This document shows positions 22,717 to 32,473 of a stretch of DNA of 64,000 bases, piece by piece. Each line of letters begins with the position of its first letter. Positions within the stretch are counted from its first letter, which is position 1. The position numbers and the translations under genes were made by a program. The stretch lies in contig CAVPBC010000002.1 in the NCBI GenBank assembly GCA_963701785.1, positions 1,365,093 to 1,429,092 of the forward strand. The letters are read 5' to 3'. Source of the DNA: an uncultured Bacteroidales bacterium (lineage in GTDB: Bacteria; Bacteroidota; Bacteroidia; Bacteroidales; JAGOPY01). Below the pieces are notes generated by a model. The model was not told the origin of the DNA. It did not search any database and saw nothing but the letters and a program-made list of their open reading frames with translations.

Positions 22717-23190
22717 TCAATCCTCAACCCATTCTATAGGTTTAAAGATATATCGCTCGTCAAAATCAACTTCAAATTTTTCTAAAAAATCATGATACTC
22801 TTCAATAAATGTTCTTTTACGATGATGAACCTCCTGTTTTTTAATATAGTCAATGACATTTTCAACATTCGATTTGCTATATGAAAATGCTCCATATCCC
22901 TCCTGCCAAGAAAAACGACCTTTCACAAAACCTTTGTTGTTAATCCATTTTGATGAATCGCCTTTTATATCTTGCATCAAATCTGATAAGGACTGGGTAG
23001 GCCTCATGCCAAAGAATATATGAATATGATCTGCCATGCCATTAATTGCCAGCAATTTATGGCCATGATTTTGAACAATGCCCGTAATATATTTATATAA
23101 TTCATCTTTCCATAATTTTCTAATTATGCAATTCCTGTCATGTACTGTAAATACTGCCTGGATATGAATTTGTGTATAAGTATTAGCCAT
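22717..23190 (-). CDS. IS200/IS605-family HUH Y1 transposase, REP-associated tyrosine transposase (RAYT)-like
   Basis: 157 aa, intact. HUH motif MADHIHIFFG. C-terminal helix NVIDYIKKQEVHHRK carries the catalytic Tyr. No tnpB partner. Confidence 0.85.
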   Translation of the reverse strand: MANTYTQIHIQAVFTVHDRNCIIRKLWKDELYKYITGIVQNHGHKLLAINGMADHIHIFFGMRPTQSLSDLMQDIKGDSSKWINNKGFVKGRFSWQEGYGAFSYSKSNVENVIDYIKKQEVHHRKRTFIEEYHDFLEKFEVDFDERYIFKPIEWVED

Positions 23191-23472
23191 GAGTATAGAA
23201 GTATGAAACTATTTCAAATGTAAAAATATTTATGGTCACACCTGATTTATCATAGAATCAAATTTCGGATAAAAGCAAACAATTGCTTTTACTACATTCT
23301 ATTTCCTGGATGATGGAGCCGGTCCATTGCAGAATTATCAATAGAAATTTTCAGGGTGTCCAAATTCTGAAAACAGGGAAAAGAGAATTTACCTTTATAT
23401 TGACATTATACACGTTTATATTGTCAATATAAACTTAATATTTCTTCCCCTGAAAAACAAGAATACGGATCA

Positions 23473-24359
23473 TTATTTATTTTTCGGCTCAAATTCCAGT
23501 ATTGTCCCTCCCAGGCCAGCCCCTTCATTTGCAATGAAAAGTTTGCCATCCGGGCTGAAACAAATCCCTTCCGGTTGTGGAAAGATCATCGGGCTGAGTT
23601 TTATCATGGCCAGCATTTCCCCCGTCCTTGATAATACCAGCAAAAGCTTACCAGCCGAACTCAAAATGAAAATATTTCCTGTTACCGGATGGATGGCCAT
23701 CCTGAAGGTTTAAAGCTGACCTTGCCTGTGTGAGATTTGACAGTGTCGGGGTTGATCATTAAAAATGGCTTTAAATCCAGCTGTCCGGATTCAAGGTTGA
23801 AACTGTAAATTGCTTTTGCATGATTGCCCTCTGATTCATCCAGAAAAGGATGTTCTTTACAGGCAATGAGAAGGCTTTTATTTACCGGGTCATAAGCAAG
23901 GCCCTCGGTATCGTTCTTCCCCGATAATGCAGTAGAAAACTTTTTCACGACGGATCCCTTTTTCTCCAGGAAATCTGCAATCATGAACAAGGTCCCATTG
24001 CTTTTTAAAACCCAGGCATCCTTATCAATGACCTCAATGCCCTCATAGTCACCATCATCGCTAAATTCTATTTTCGATTCAACTTCCCCGGATTTAAGAC
24101 TGAAAATGTAAATAATCCCATTCTCATCCTGAACGCAGGCAAGCCTTTGATCGTCAATACAGCTCAGGCCTGAGATTTCAGCCAGTTCCGGCGGCATCTT
24201 CCATGTCCGACCGGGTTCATTCAATTGATATGGAAAAAGGTAACCGGGACGTTCGAATAGCATGGTTTTATTATTATCCTGCGAGCAGGCTGTTATGCAT
24301 GATAAGAGCAGTATTGATAGCTTAACCTGCATTAAATTCTTACGTTTCCAATTAAGCAT
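23473..24359 (-). pseudogene. SdiA-regulated-domain beta-propeller lipoprotein; 1 frame disruption (~23690)
   Basis: Pieces 23682-24359 and 23473-23700. LLLSCITAC lipobox. YQLNEPGRTWKMPPELAEISGLSCIDDQRLACVQDENGIIYIF...GDYEGIEVIDKDAWVLKSNGTLFMI matches the SdiA-regulated family pattern. Confidence 0.75.
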
Positions 24360-24360
24360 G

Positions 24361-25538
24361 TCAGGTCTGATAATGTATAAAAATATAATTCAGCAGAAAT
24401 ACGAACACAGTTATTATGATGCCAATCATGAATACATTGTAAGCAATTCTGACAAGCCTGAATTTTTTTGCCAGGATTTTCCCCAGTGCATATTGATTTT
24501 TAAGCAAAGTGGAATAAAGATGTTCATCATCCGTCATCATCTCTTTCACGGCATCCTGGTAATCATCATAATTTAATTTGATGAAATTGCCGAAAAAGGT
24601 GAGATCAACATTCTTGTTCTTGAGGTCTTCCTCGTTGAATTTCCTGGTCACTATATTTGGCCTTGTAGACAAAATAGCAATGATTATGGTGATAAGGCAG
24701 ATGACCAGGAAGACCAGGATTGGCACAATATCCTTCGACATATTCCCGATATTCCCGGCAAGCATGGTAATGATGATCGAGATGATAATTGCATTGACCG
24801 AGATCAGGATATTCGATTTGTTATCCGCAATGGAATTCAGGTTGATTTGATTACGCGCTGTTATGCGGAACATGGTATCTACGCCCCTGGAATAAGAAAT
24901 GCTTTTCTTTTCGGGAATTTCTTTTTTAGGCTCGACAAGTTTACGTCGTTTTAACCGTTCGGATATCCGTTTGACAATTGCTTCCTTTTTGGGTTGAAGC
25001 ACTGTCTTCCCATATTCCGTAAAATAAATATGTTTTGTGAAAAAATCAATAAAGTACTTTTCGAAAACCTGGCGTTTTACTGGTTTTGACTTCGACATGG
25101 CGGTTTCATCAAAAAGCAGGTCAAATTGTTCCATGCCATTTTCAGCAGCGATAAACATCAGATCGGCATCACAAAGGACTTCCGCAATTTTATCCTTCGG
25201 GTTTTGAGGCAGCCTGGTTGCCCCGATGATTTCAGCAATTTGGTCGATGGTCTGTTGATCAACATGATGTTCTGCCAGGAATGAAGAGGCGATAACAATG
25301 CTTTCCTCATGGCATTGATCATATGAGCCCACATATCCTGTATTGCATGAAACAATGCACATATCCTGAGGATATTCATTTCTTCACCGGTAAGCCCGGC
25401 GTGCTCCCCTATCGTTTCTGCATATTTTTTAACCCGTAAAGCATGATCAAAATCATGATAAATGATAGTTGAAGGTAATTTTTCAGCCAGCAACGCAGAA
25501 ATATAACTTTCTGATTCAGCTAATTAAAAGATCATTAA
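24361..25538 (-). pseudogene. HD-domain phosphohydrolase fused to a DUF5706 / Pycsar-effector-like transmembrane domain; at least 2 frame disruptions
   Basis: N-terminus MSKINDLLIS (ATG at complement of 25536-25538) joins AESESYISALLAEKLPSTIIYHDFDHALRV by a 1-nt shift. ICALFH/DTGYVG (HD motif) is broken near 25350. The C-terminal half MFRITARNQINLNSIADNKSNILISVNAIIISIII... has 4 predicted TM helices. Stop lies 1 nt before the next gene's ATG. Confidence 0.7.
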
Positions 25539-25647
25539 TTTTACTCATAATTCATTGCAGATTACTTTTCAAATATAATAAACAAATTTACCTGAATTTC
25601 CATTATTTTCATTTTTGAGGAGTTCCTTGCAACCTTTTACCTTTTTA

Positions 25648-26751
25648 ATGGTTATAATTATGATGCAATTACAGATTATTAAAGACATCAGACAATTTCT
25701 GATCAATAAAACAGCCTGCTTTATTATAATAGCAGTGCTCGTTTCCTTAAGCAATCTAATGGCCCAGGATAAAATTTCAGGGCAGCCAATGCCTTTATTT
25801 CAGTCTGATGAAATCTTGAATCTTACTCTTGAAGCCGATTTTAAAACGGTATTTTCAGTTAAGGATGATTCTACCTTTTTCCCGGCCAGGATTTCTTTAA
25901 CCGATAATGATGGCCTGGAAAGGAACATTGAAATTGAAATTCGGTCACGTGGTAAAACTCGCCGGGAAAGTGATGTTTGCACATTTACCCCCTTACGTCT
26001 GGAGTTCCCGAAGAAGGAAACCGGGAACACTCCCTTTGAAGGGCAAAAAGCCATAAAACTCGTCACGCACTGTGACAAGGCCGACTTTTACGAGCAAAAT
26101 ACCATGATGGAATATTTAATTTACAAGGCTTATAATGTCTTGACCGATAGCTCATTTAAAGTAAGGGCTGCTATGATCAATTATATTTATTCCGGTAAAA
26201 AAGCGGATACGGTGCTGAAATTTGCTTTTTTCATTGAACGTGAAAAACACCTGGCCGATCGTTTACAGGGAATCGAGATTGAGTCTCAAAAGTTCAATCC
26301 AAACCGGTTGCATCCTTTTCAATCCTGCATGATGGACATGTTTCAATACATGATCGGGAATACGGATTATTCGAGTTATGATCTGCATAATATCATCCTG
26401 GTAGCCGATTCCGCCCGCAAATTTCCACCCATTCCGGTTCCCTATGATTTTGACTGGAGTGGATTGATTTCGGCGAATTATGCAGTGCCGCATCCTATAA
26501 TAGGGACCGGGCATGTTAGCGAACGGGTCTATCGTGGATTTAAGAAAGAACCGTTCATCGTCGATCATACCATCCAGATATTCAATGACAAAAAACAGGA
26601 AATTTACCAGGTGTTCGAAAATTTTGCATTACTGGACGATGATGAAAAGGAAGAAGCCATTGAATATCTGGATGAATTTTACGAGATCATAAACAATGAT
26701 AAAAAGGTTCAAACGGAGTTTTTCGATAATGCCAGGGTGGTTCATGAATAA
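25648..26751 (+). CDS. hypothetical exported protein with CotH-like (atypical kinase fold) motif pattern
   Basis: Start uncertain (TTG 25615, ATG 25648 or 25660). IEIRSRGKTRRESDVCTFTPLRLEF, MEYLIYKAYNVLTD, FQYMIGNTDYSSYDLHNIILV, IPVPYDFDWSG resemble the CotH RGNSS / HN / PWDxD pattern. Intact. Confidence 0.45.
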   Translation: MVIIMMQLQIIKDIRQFLINKTACFIIIAVLVSLSNLMAQDKISGQPMPLFQSDEILNLTLEADFKTVFSVKDDSTFFPARISLTDNDGLERNIEIEIRSRGKTRRESDVCTFTPLRLEFPKKETGNTPFEGQKAIKLVTHCDKADFYEQNTMMEYLIYKAYNVLTDSSFKVRAAMINYIYSGKKADTVLKFAFFIEREKHLADRLQGIEIESQKFNPNRLHPFQSCMMDMFQYMIGNTDYSSYDLHNIILVADSARKFPPIPVPYDFDWSGLISANYAVPHPIIGTGHVSERVYRGFKKEPFIVDHTIQIFNDKKQEIYQVFENFALLDDDEKEEAIEYLDEFYEIINNDKKVQTEFFDNARVVHE

Positions 26752-26752
26752 T

Positions 26753-26785
26753 AATGTTGAATGTTGAATGTTGAATGTTGAATGG
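26753..26785. repeat. heptanucleotide tandem repeat (AATGTTG) x4 plus a partial unit
   Basis: Units at 26753-59, 26760-66, 26767-73, 26774-80, then AATGG. Sits between stop 26751 and ATG 26789. Confidence 0.9.
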
Positions 26786-26788
26786 AAA

Positions 26789-28440
26789 ATGAATAAGGGG
26801 ATTTTAAAAATATGGGTTATTATAGTTTTTATTGGTTTGGCTTTCCCTGTGCTTGGCTATTGACAAAGAAGAGAAATTGGCAATACAGGCTATAAAAGCA
26901 GGTGATATTGAATTATTAAAATCATACCTGGAAAAGCATCCGGATTTAAATTGCAGGTTCAGTAACGGGAAAACCGGGTTATATTATGCCATTGTAAATG
27001 ACCGGTTTAAAATCAGTGAATTCTTGCTCAGGAGAGGGGCCGATCCGGATTTTATCGTAAATGATCAATCCACCCTGAAGTTGGGCGATAAAGTCGAACC
27101 GTGAAAGAATAGCCAGGTTATTGATTGAGTACGGGGCAGAGGTGAATAAACAGGATGAAAAACTTAATACGCCTTTGATTTATGCCGCAGAACTTAACAA
27201 CCTGGAAATGTGTAAAATACTTGATCGACCGGGGAGCAGATCCGTTGCATACAAACCTGAAAGAAAAACGGGCAAGTGATTACGCCATCTTATTATGACG
27301 AATCACCTGCATATAAGTACCTGCTGTTGATGGAAAAGCAATGCAAAAACCAGGATTCAATTCCTTCCATGCAGGATGGCCCCTATATTTACTGGGAAAC
27401 TGATGACCAGATTGTAATGACCTATTACGAGCGCAACCAGGAGAAAAATCTCACCCGTCTTATTGAGAAGACCATTGAGACAGGAAAAACAGATACGATT
27501 GTTGAGGGATATTGGATGGGATAAGAATTCATATCACATTAAACACGACGTATACCCCGAATCCTGATGATGTAAAAACAGCCGGAAACATATTCGTTAT
27601 CGGGGATATTCATGGCAAATACAACGCACTGGTAAATCTGTTGATGAATAATAAGATCATAGATACAGAGCTGAAATGGATTTTTGGTGAAGGTCAGCTT
27701 GTATTACTGGGAGATGTATTTGATCGCGGAGGATTTGTTACAGAGATGTTATGGTTTCTGTATGAACTGGAGATCCAGGCCCGGAATTCCGGGGGGAATG
27801 TGCACCTGTTACTGGGAAATCACGAAATAATGGCGTTAACCGGCGATCATCGCTATGTAAACTACAAATATAATTATTTTACCCAATATACCCAGATATA
27901 CTATTTTCAATTATTTGAAAAAAATACGGTGTTGGGAAGATGGTTGCGCAGTCAGAATGCTAATTGTCCGGATCAATGACTATTTGTTTATGCACGCCGG
28001 CATATCGCCCGAGTTTGCCGCATTTGATTATTCATATTCGGATATAAATTCCAGGGTTCAGAATTACCTCAATTCTGGTCAAGAGAGATGAGGATGGAAG
28101 TCCGGAAGATATTATCCTGGGTCCGATCGGCCCGCTGTGGTACAGGGGATATTCAGTGGCAATACCAATGACAATATCAATGACAATTATAATGACGATG
28201 GCAATGGATATGCCGCAGGTGACGCAGGAATTTGTTGATAATTACTTAAATTCAAAAGGCCTGAAGCGAATGATCCTGGGCCATAACGAGCAATTGACAA
28301 TCAATACCTCTTTTGAGGGAAAAATAATCTTTGCCGATGTGGCAATTGACGAAAGCGGAAAATCGGCGCAGGGATTGCTTATATCCGGGGATGAAATCTT
28401 CAGATGTTCTTCAGATGGTATAAAAGAACGCATCGAATAG
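26789..28440 (+). pseudogene. exported ankyrin-repeat + calcineurin-like metallophosphoesterase protein; at least 6 frame disruptions
   Basis: MNKGILKIWVIIVFIGLAFPVLG signal. Ankyrin repeats (NGKTGLYYAIVNDRFKISEFLLRRGADPD; LNTPLIYAAELNNLEMCKIL; IDRGADPL). MPE motifs VIGDIHGKYN, LLGDVFDRGG, LLGNHE, FMHAGISP, ILGHNE. Pieces 26832-27104, 27276-27524, 27512-27979, 28156-28440 plus unlisted frames. Confidence 0.65.
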
Positions 28441-28538
28441 AGTTCATATCCACAGCTCAGGAAAATAGTGAAATTGAACCAAAACGATAATTTTCTAATT
28501 TAGTCCCCAATGATTTTTTAATCCCGGCATGGGTACTT

Positions 28539-30309
28539 ATGCGTGTTTATTATTTCATAAGGAATTATAAAAGGAGCTTTGTGCTTTTAACCATATTGAT
28601 CCATGTCGTCACATCCATATTTGCGGATGATCGGGACAAAGCAACCGAAGACAACCATGTTTCCAATGCTGCTGCCGTTGATTCAAGCACCATTGCAGCG
28701 CTGACCAGGCGTGGGGTGAATTTAAAATGAATGACTTGTGCCGACCTGGATTTTGCGATTTTTTATCTTAAACAGGCCCTCTGGCTTGCCCGGGAATCAA
28801 CTTCCACAAGTTATTTGTATTCCGTTTATGACCAGTACAGCAGGGTTTTTATGAAGAGCGGTAACTTTTCACTCGCCCTTGAATATTATTATAAAATGCT
28901 GAAACTGTTGGATGATGAAGCTATGGGGGCACATGACGAGTCTGCATTATTATACCAGAAATATGCCAGCTTGTATACGCATATCGGGAATTGTTATTTC
29001 AGTATGGATAACTTCAAATCACTCGATTTTTATCGGAAAAGTCTGGAAATGGTAAAAAAGCTCTCTGAAATCGATCCGGATTATCCTGCCCGTGAACGGG
29101 AAATGATCAATTATATCAATATTGGTTCGGCCTACCTGAATAATTATAATTTCATGGAAGCCGAGATTAATTTTATAAAGGCACTTGAATTAAGTGAAAC
29201 GCTTGATAATCCTGTAAATGAAGGCACACTGTACAACAATCTGGGAATTGTTTACAAGGAGAAGAAAGATTTCGATAAAGCCTTTGAATACTATCAAAGA
29301 TCACTCTCCATCCGTTTAGAATATAAGGATTCAATTGGCCTCGCGCAGACATATAATAATCTTGGAGATGCCTATATACTGACCGGACAGAACAAGACTG
29401 CGATCGGGGTACTTGAAAAGGCCGTGCAGATGAGCCGGCAAACCGGTAACCTGAGGTCAGGGATGAAAGCGGCTAATTTTCTTTCAATTGCTTATGAAAA
29501 TGTGGGGGAAATAGCCCGTGCATACGATATGTTCAAGGTCTATTCCACCCTTCACGACAGCATTATCAACCAGGAAGCAGTACAAAACTCTTTGCGCCTG
29601 GAAATGCAATATCAGTACGATAAACAAATCAGGGAAAATGAATTGCAACAAGAGTTGCTCCTTGCAAAAAAGGAAAGAAAGTCACTGATTTACATGATTA
29701 TATCGGGTATCCTCCTATTTTCCGTTACCATCCTTGTTTTACTGTCACGCAATCAGAGAATGCGCATCAAGCAGGCATTACTGAGAAAGGATAGGCTCGA
29801 GCTGGAAAGAAAAACTCTGCATCTTGAAAAAGAAAACCTGCTGATTGAAAAACAAAAGCTTGAGATGGAACTGGATTTCAGAAATAAGGAACTTTCCACG
29901 CATGTGATCTATCTTCTGAAGAAAAAATGAATTTATATCTTCTATCATTGAGAAATTACTTCATCTTAGGAGGTCTTCAGGGAACGATATGACGAAAGAA
30001 GCCTGGATACAGGATATTTTGCGGGAGATGCAATCCAACGTCGATAGTACCGTCTGGAATGAATTTGAGGTCCGTTTTCAACAGGTTCACAATGATTTTT
30101 ACCAGAGACTTGCGGAAAAATACCCAGATCTGACACCAAATGAGATCGAGAATTTTGCGCGTTCCTCAAACTTAATATGACCTCCAAAGATATTTCCGCC
30201 ATTACCTTTCAATCCGTTAAAAGTATTGAGGTGAGCCCGCCACAGGCTCCGGAAAAAATTGGGCATCGAACGGGATGAAAACCTGGTCACGCTCCTGCAA
30301 CAGCTTTAG
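28539..30309 (+). pseudogene. TPR-repeat, single-TM, LuxR-type HTH regulator; in-frame TGA (28728-28730) plus 3 frameshifts
   Basis: TPR region 28731-29930, TM helix LIYMIISGILLFSVTILVLL, coiled coil. The C-terminus reads PDLTPNEI...AFLKLNMTSKDISAITFQSVKSIEVS.HRLRKKLGIERDENLVTLLQQL (LuxR/GerE HTH) to TAG 30307-30309. One shift is an extra A in an A-run at ~29925. Confidence 0.7.
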
Positions 30310-30625
30310 CTCATTTTCTAAAGTATTAATATTCAGTCTGGTAAAAATATTGTAGTATTATTATTCCTGCTCATATAGATCCTGTATATTTATTGTATAG
30401 GTCATTAATTAGGTGTATATTTAAGATCAGTCTTCCTTTGCACCGAAATTCAAATTACAACAAATGGACATGACAATTTCCGGGAATGAAGATGCAGATT
30501 GAAAAAAAAACTAAAGCATCTAAAAAACAGGCTTAAAAATGAAAAAATAGCCCTTGATAAGATCCTTAAATCAGTTGAGGGTGAAGAAAAACATAAACAA
30601 TCAAATAAATAAAAAATTATCAAGC

Positions 30626-32209
30626 ATGAAAAAAATCAGACAATTACTTTTTGCATTGCTAATGGCTTCGGGCCATCTCCTGGTGGCTCAAAATACGCCA
30701 GGGACAATCGATTCAACTTTCAATAATACAGGGCTGGTCATCCTTGACAATGGTTTTCTGGATCTTTACCAGGATGTAAAGATTCAGACCGATGGTAAGA
30801 TCGTTGCTGTCGGAACGACCTACGATGAAAACTATGCTTCTGATTTCCAGGTGACACGGTTGATGAGCGATGGCAGTTATGATCCGTCATTTGCCGATAA
30901 CGGGGTATTCCGTTTTCACCTTGGCTATGAGACGGGTGCTTATTCATGCATCGCACAGGATGATGGGAATATCCTGGTATCCGGAATCTCAATGGATAAC
31001 TTCGGGGGTTTTGAAATGCTTTTGATCCGGCTTGATGAATACGGTGTTATCGACCAGACTTTTGGGGAAAGCGGGATAGCGCGATTCGATTATGGTGCAG
31101 GAGAAGATATGGCCTTTGCAATGGCCATGCAGGAAGATGGTAAGATCCTGCTTGCCGGCCATATTTCAAATGAGAACTTTCAAAAAGAGCCCGCAGTCGT
31201 GCGATTTAACGACAACGGAACACTGGATGAATCATTTGGAGACAATGGTGTGGCAAAGATCACGGTTACGGAAACAGACAATGAGTTTGCAGGCATACAG
31301 ATCCAATCCGATGGTAAAATCGTTGCGGACGGGCACATTTCTAACGGGCTGAACTGGTTTTCCCTTTTGATGGCGCGGTTCGATACCGATGGAAACATTG
31401 ACACCACCTTTGGGGACCAGGGAATAGTTAATATGAACCTCAATAATGTGGATGATGAATTTTTCGATCTCCGGCTTACAATGGAAAATGAAATTATTGC
31501 CACCGGATTCACGACCACGCAGGATGATTTAAATTTCCATCTGCTTGTCATGAAGTTCGATCAAAACGGCAGCCTGGTCAACGGATTCGGCGACGAAGGA
31601 ATGATCATCCTGGGAGAGAGTCCTTATAATGTCGGTTATGCTCTTGAGATCCTTCCTGATGATAAGATCATTGTATCCGGTTCATGCGGTGAAAAAGCGC
31701 CGATGGACAGCGATTGGGGGATATGGAAATTCAATGCCGATGGTAGCCTTGATCAGACTTTCGGTAATGAGGGAATTGTTACTACTGATGCCACTATGGA
31801 ATTCGATGAGGCGCTGGGGGTTGCTATCCAGGATGACGGGAAAATCGTTGCAGCCGGCAAGTTCCGCAGTGGTTCGGTCAATTTCGGAGTTGCCCGTTAC
31901 CTGAATGAATTGACAGTGTCCGTACCTGAAATTATACTAACACACAATATTTCCGTGAACCCGAATCCGGCAGGAAAGAACGGTAATTTATATCTTGCTG
32001 TTGAATTAGCCGTACCACAAACCTTATCCTTGCGGATTGTAAGCCTTTCCGGCAAAATTATTATGGATAGGTCACTGGGTTATCATGCAGCAGGCAACTA
32101 CAGGGAAAATTTCACGCTGCCTTCAAATATCACCAGCGGACTTTACTTCATCCAGGTCAACGGCCCCAAATCATTTTTCCCTCCGGTTAAGTTAATGGTT
32201 ACAGAATAG
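30626..32209 (+). CDS. delta-60-repeat protein with T9SS C-terminal sorting domain
   Basis: ATG 30626, signal MKKIRQLLFALLMASGHLLVAQ. Repeated D.SFG..G......(Q.DGKI.) units (TIDSTFNNTGLV, YDPSFADNGVF, IDQTFGESGIA, LDESFGDNGVA, IDTTFGDQGIV, LDQTFGNEGIV). CTD NPNPAGKNGNLYL...GLYFIQV. Intact. Confidence 0.8.
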   Translation: MKKIRQLLFALLMASGHLLVAQNTPGTIDSTFNNTGLVILDNGFLDLYQDVKIQTDGKIVAVGTTYDENYASDFQVTRLMSDGSYDPSFADNGVFRFHLGYETGAYSCIAQDDGNILVSGISMDNFGGFEMLLIRLDEYGVIDQTFGESGIARFDYGAGEDMAFAMAMQEDGKILLAGHISNENFQKEPAVVRFNDNGTLDESFGDNGVAKITVTETDNEFAGIQIQSDGKIVADGHISNGLNWFSLLMARFDTDGNIDTTFGDQGIVNMNLNNVDDEFFDLRLTMENEIIATGFTTTQDDLNFHLLVMKFDQNGSLVNGFGDEGMIILGESPYNVGYALEILPDDKIIVSGSCGEKAPMDSDWGIWKFNADGSLDQTFGNEGIVTTDATMEFDEALGVAIQDDGKIVAAGKFRSGSVNFGVARYLNELTVSVPEIILTHNISVNPNPAGKNGNLYLAVELAVPQTLSLRIVSLSGKIIMDRSLGYHAAGNYRENFTLPSNITSGLYFIQVNGPKSFFPPVKLMVTE

Positions 32210-32273
32210 AATAACCATGTAACCCTTCAGCAAGTTGCATATTGACTTGTATTAACATTGAAAGCCGAACAAT

Positions 32274-32314
32274 CCCGGCGTCATGAGATTCTTTGAGAAT
32301 CTCATGACGTCGGG
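32274..32314. terminator. 41-nt near-perfect palindrome (19-bp stem, 3-nt loop); possible terminator or recombination scar
   Basis: CCCGGCGTCATGAGATTCT-ttg-AGAATCTCATGACGTCGGG with one G-T pair. Lies 65 nt after the stop at 32209. No U-tract follows. Confidence 0.4.
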
Positions 32315-32378
32315 AAATCTGCGCAGGGACTGCTTATATCCGGGGATGAACTTTTCAGGTGTTTCTCTGATGGCACAA
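32313..32378 (+). pseudogene. 3'-terminal remnant of a metallophosphoesterase paralogue
   Basis: Reads GKSAQGLLISGDELFRCFSDGTKE, versus the end of the gene at 28360-28440: GKSAQGLLISGDEIFRCSSDGIKE. Nucleotide similarity is visible. No upstream coding part exists. Confidence 0.7.
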
Positions 32379-32473
32379 AAGAGCCGGATAGAATAAGTGC
32401 AAACCAACAGAGTAACTTGCTTTCAGATTATTATTAGCTATACTTTTGGACTGTATAACTTATCAAATAGATT

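Noticed and set aside
24361-25538. Complete Pycsar/CBASS-type anti-phage operon
   Set aside because: Only the effector-like TM domain is present, fused to HD. No nucleotide cyclase or other sensor gene is adjacent; the neighbours are a propeller lipoprotein and a CotH-like protein. I report it only as an uncharacterised fusion.
26753-26785. CRISPR array candidates (this heptamer tract, the ACAGAGG/CACAAAGG word repeats at 37822-37932 and 55909-56013)
   Set aside because: The repeat units are 5-9 nt, contiguous or palindromic, without 25-40-nt unique spacers. No cas genes are present.
28156-28215. Odd low-complexity stretch VAIPMTISMTIIMTMAMDMPQ (alternative frame NTNDNINDNYNDDGNGY) inside the metallophosphoesterase gene as a possible inserted repeat or mini-gene
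   Set aside because: It is built from imperfect CAATGACAAT-like repeats in a heavily frame-disrupted region. I cannot tell which frame is native. It most likely is a linker between GPLWYRGY and the C-terminal domain, with no independent signal.
28728-28730. In-frame TGA inside the TPR-LuxR gene (GVNLK*MTCADLDFAIFYLKQAL) as possible stop-codon recoding (selenocysteine, or TGA=Gly/Trp)
   Set aside because: TGA is used as a normal terminator by many genes in the window. No SECIS-like hairpin follows. The site lies in a block full of other lesions, including an in-frame TAG at 12415-12417. A nonsense substitution or base-call error is more parsimonious.
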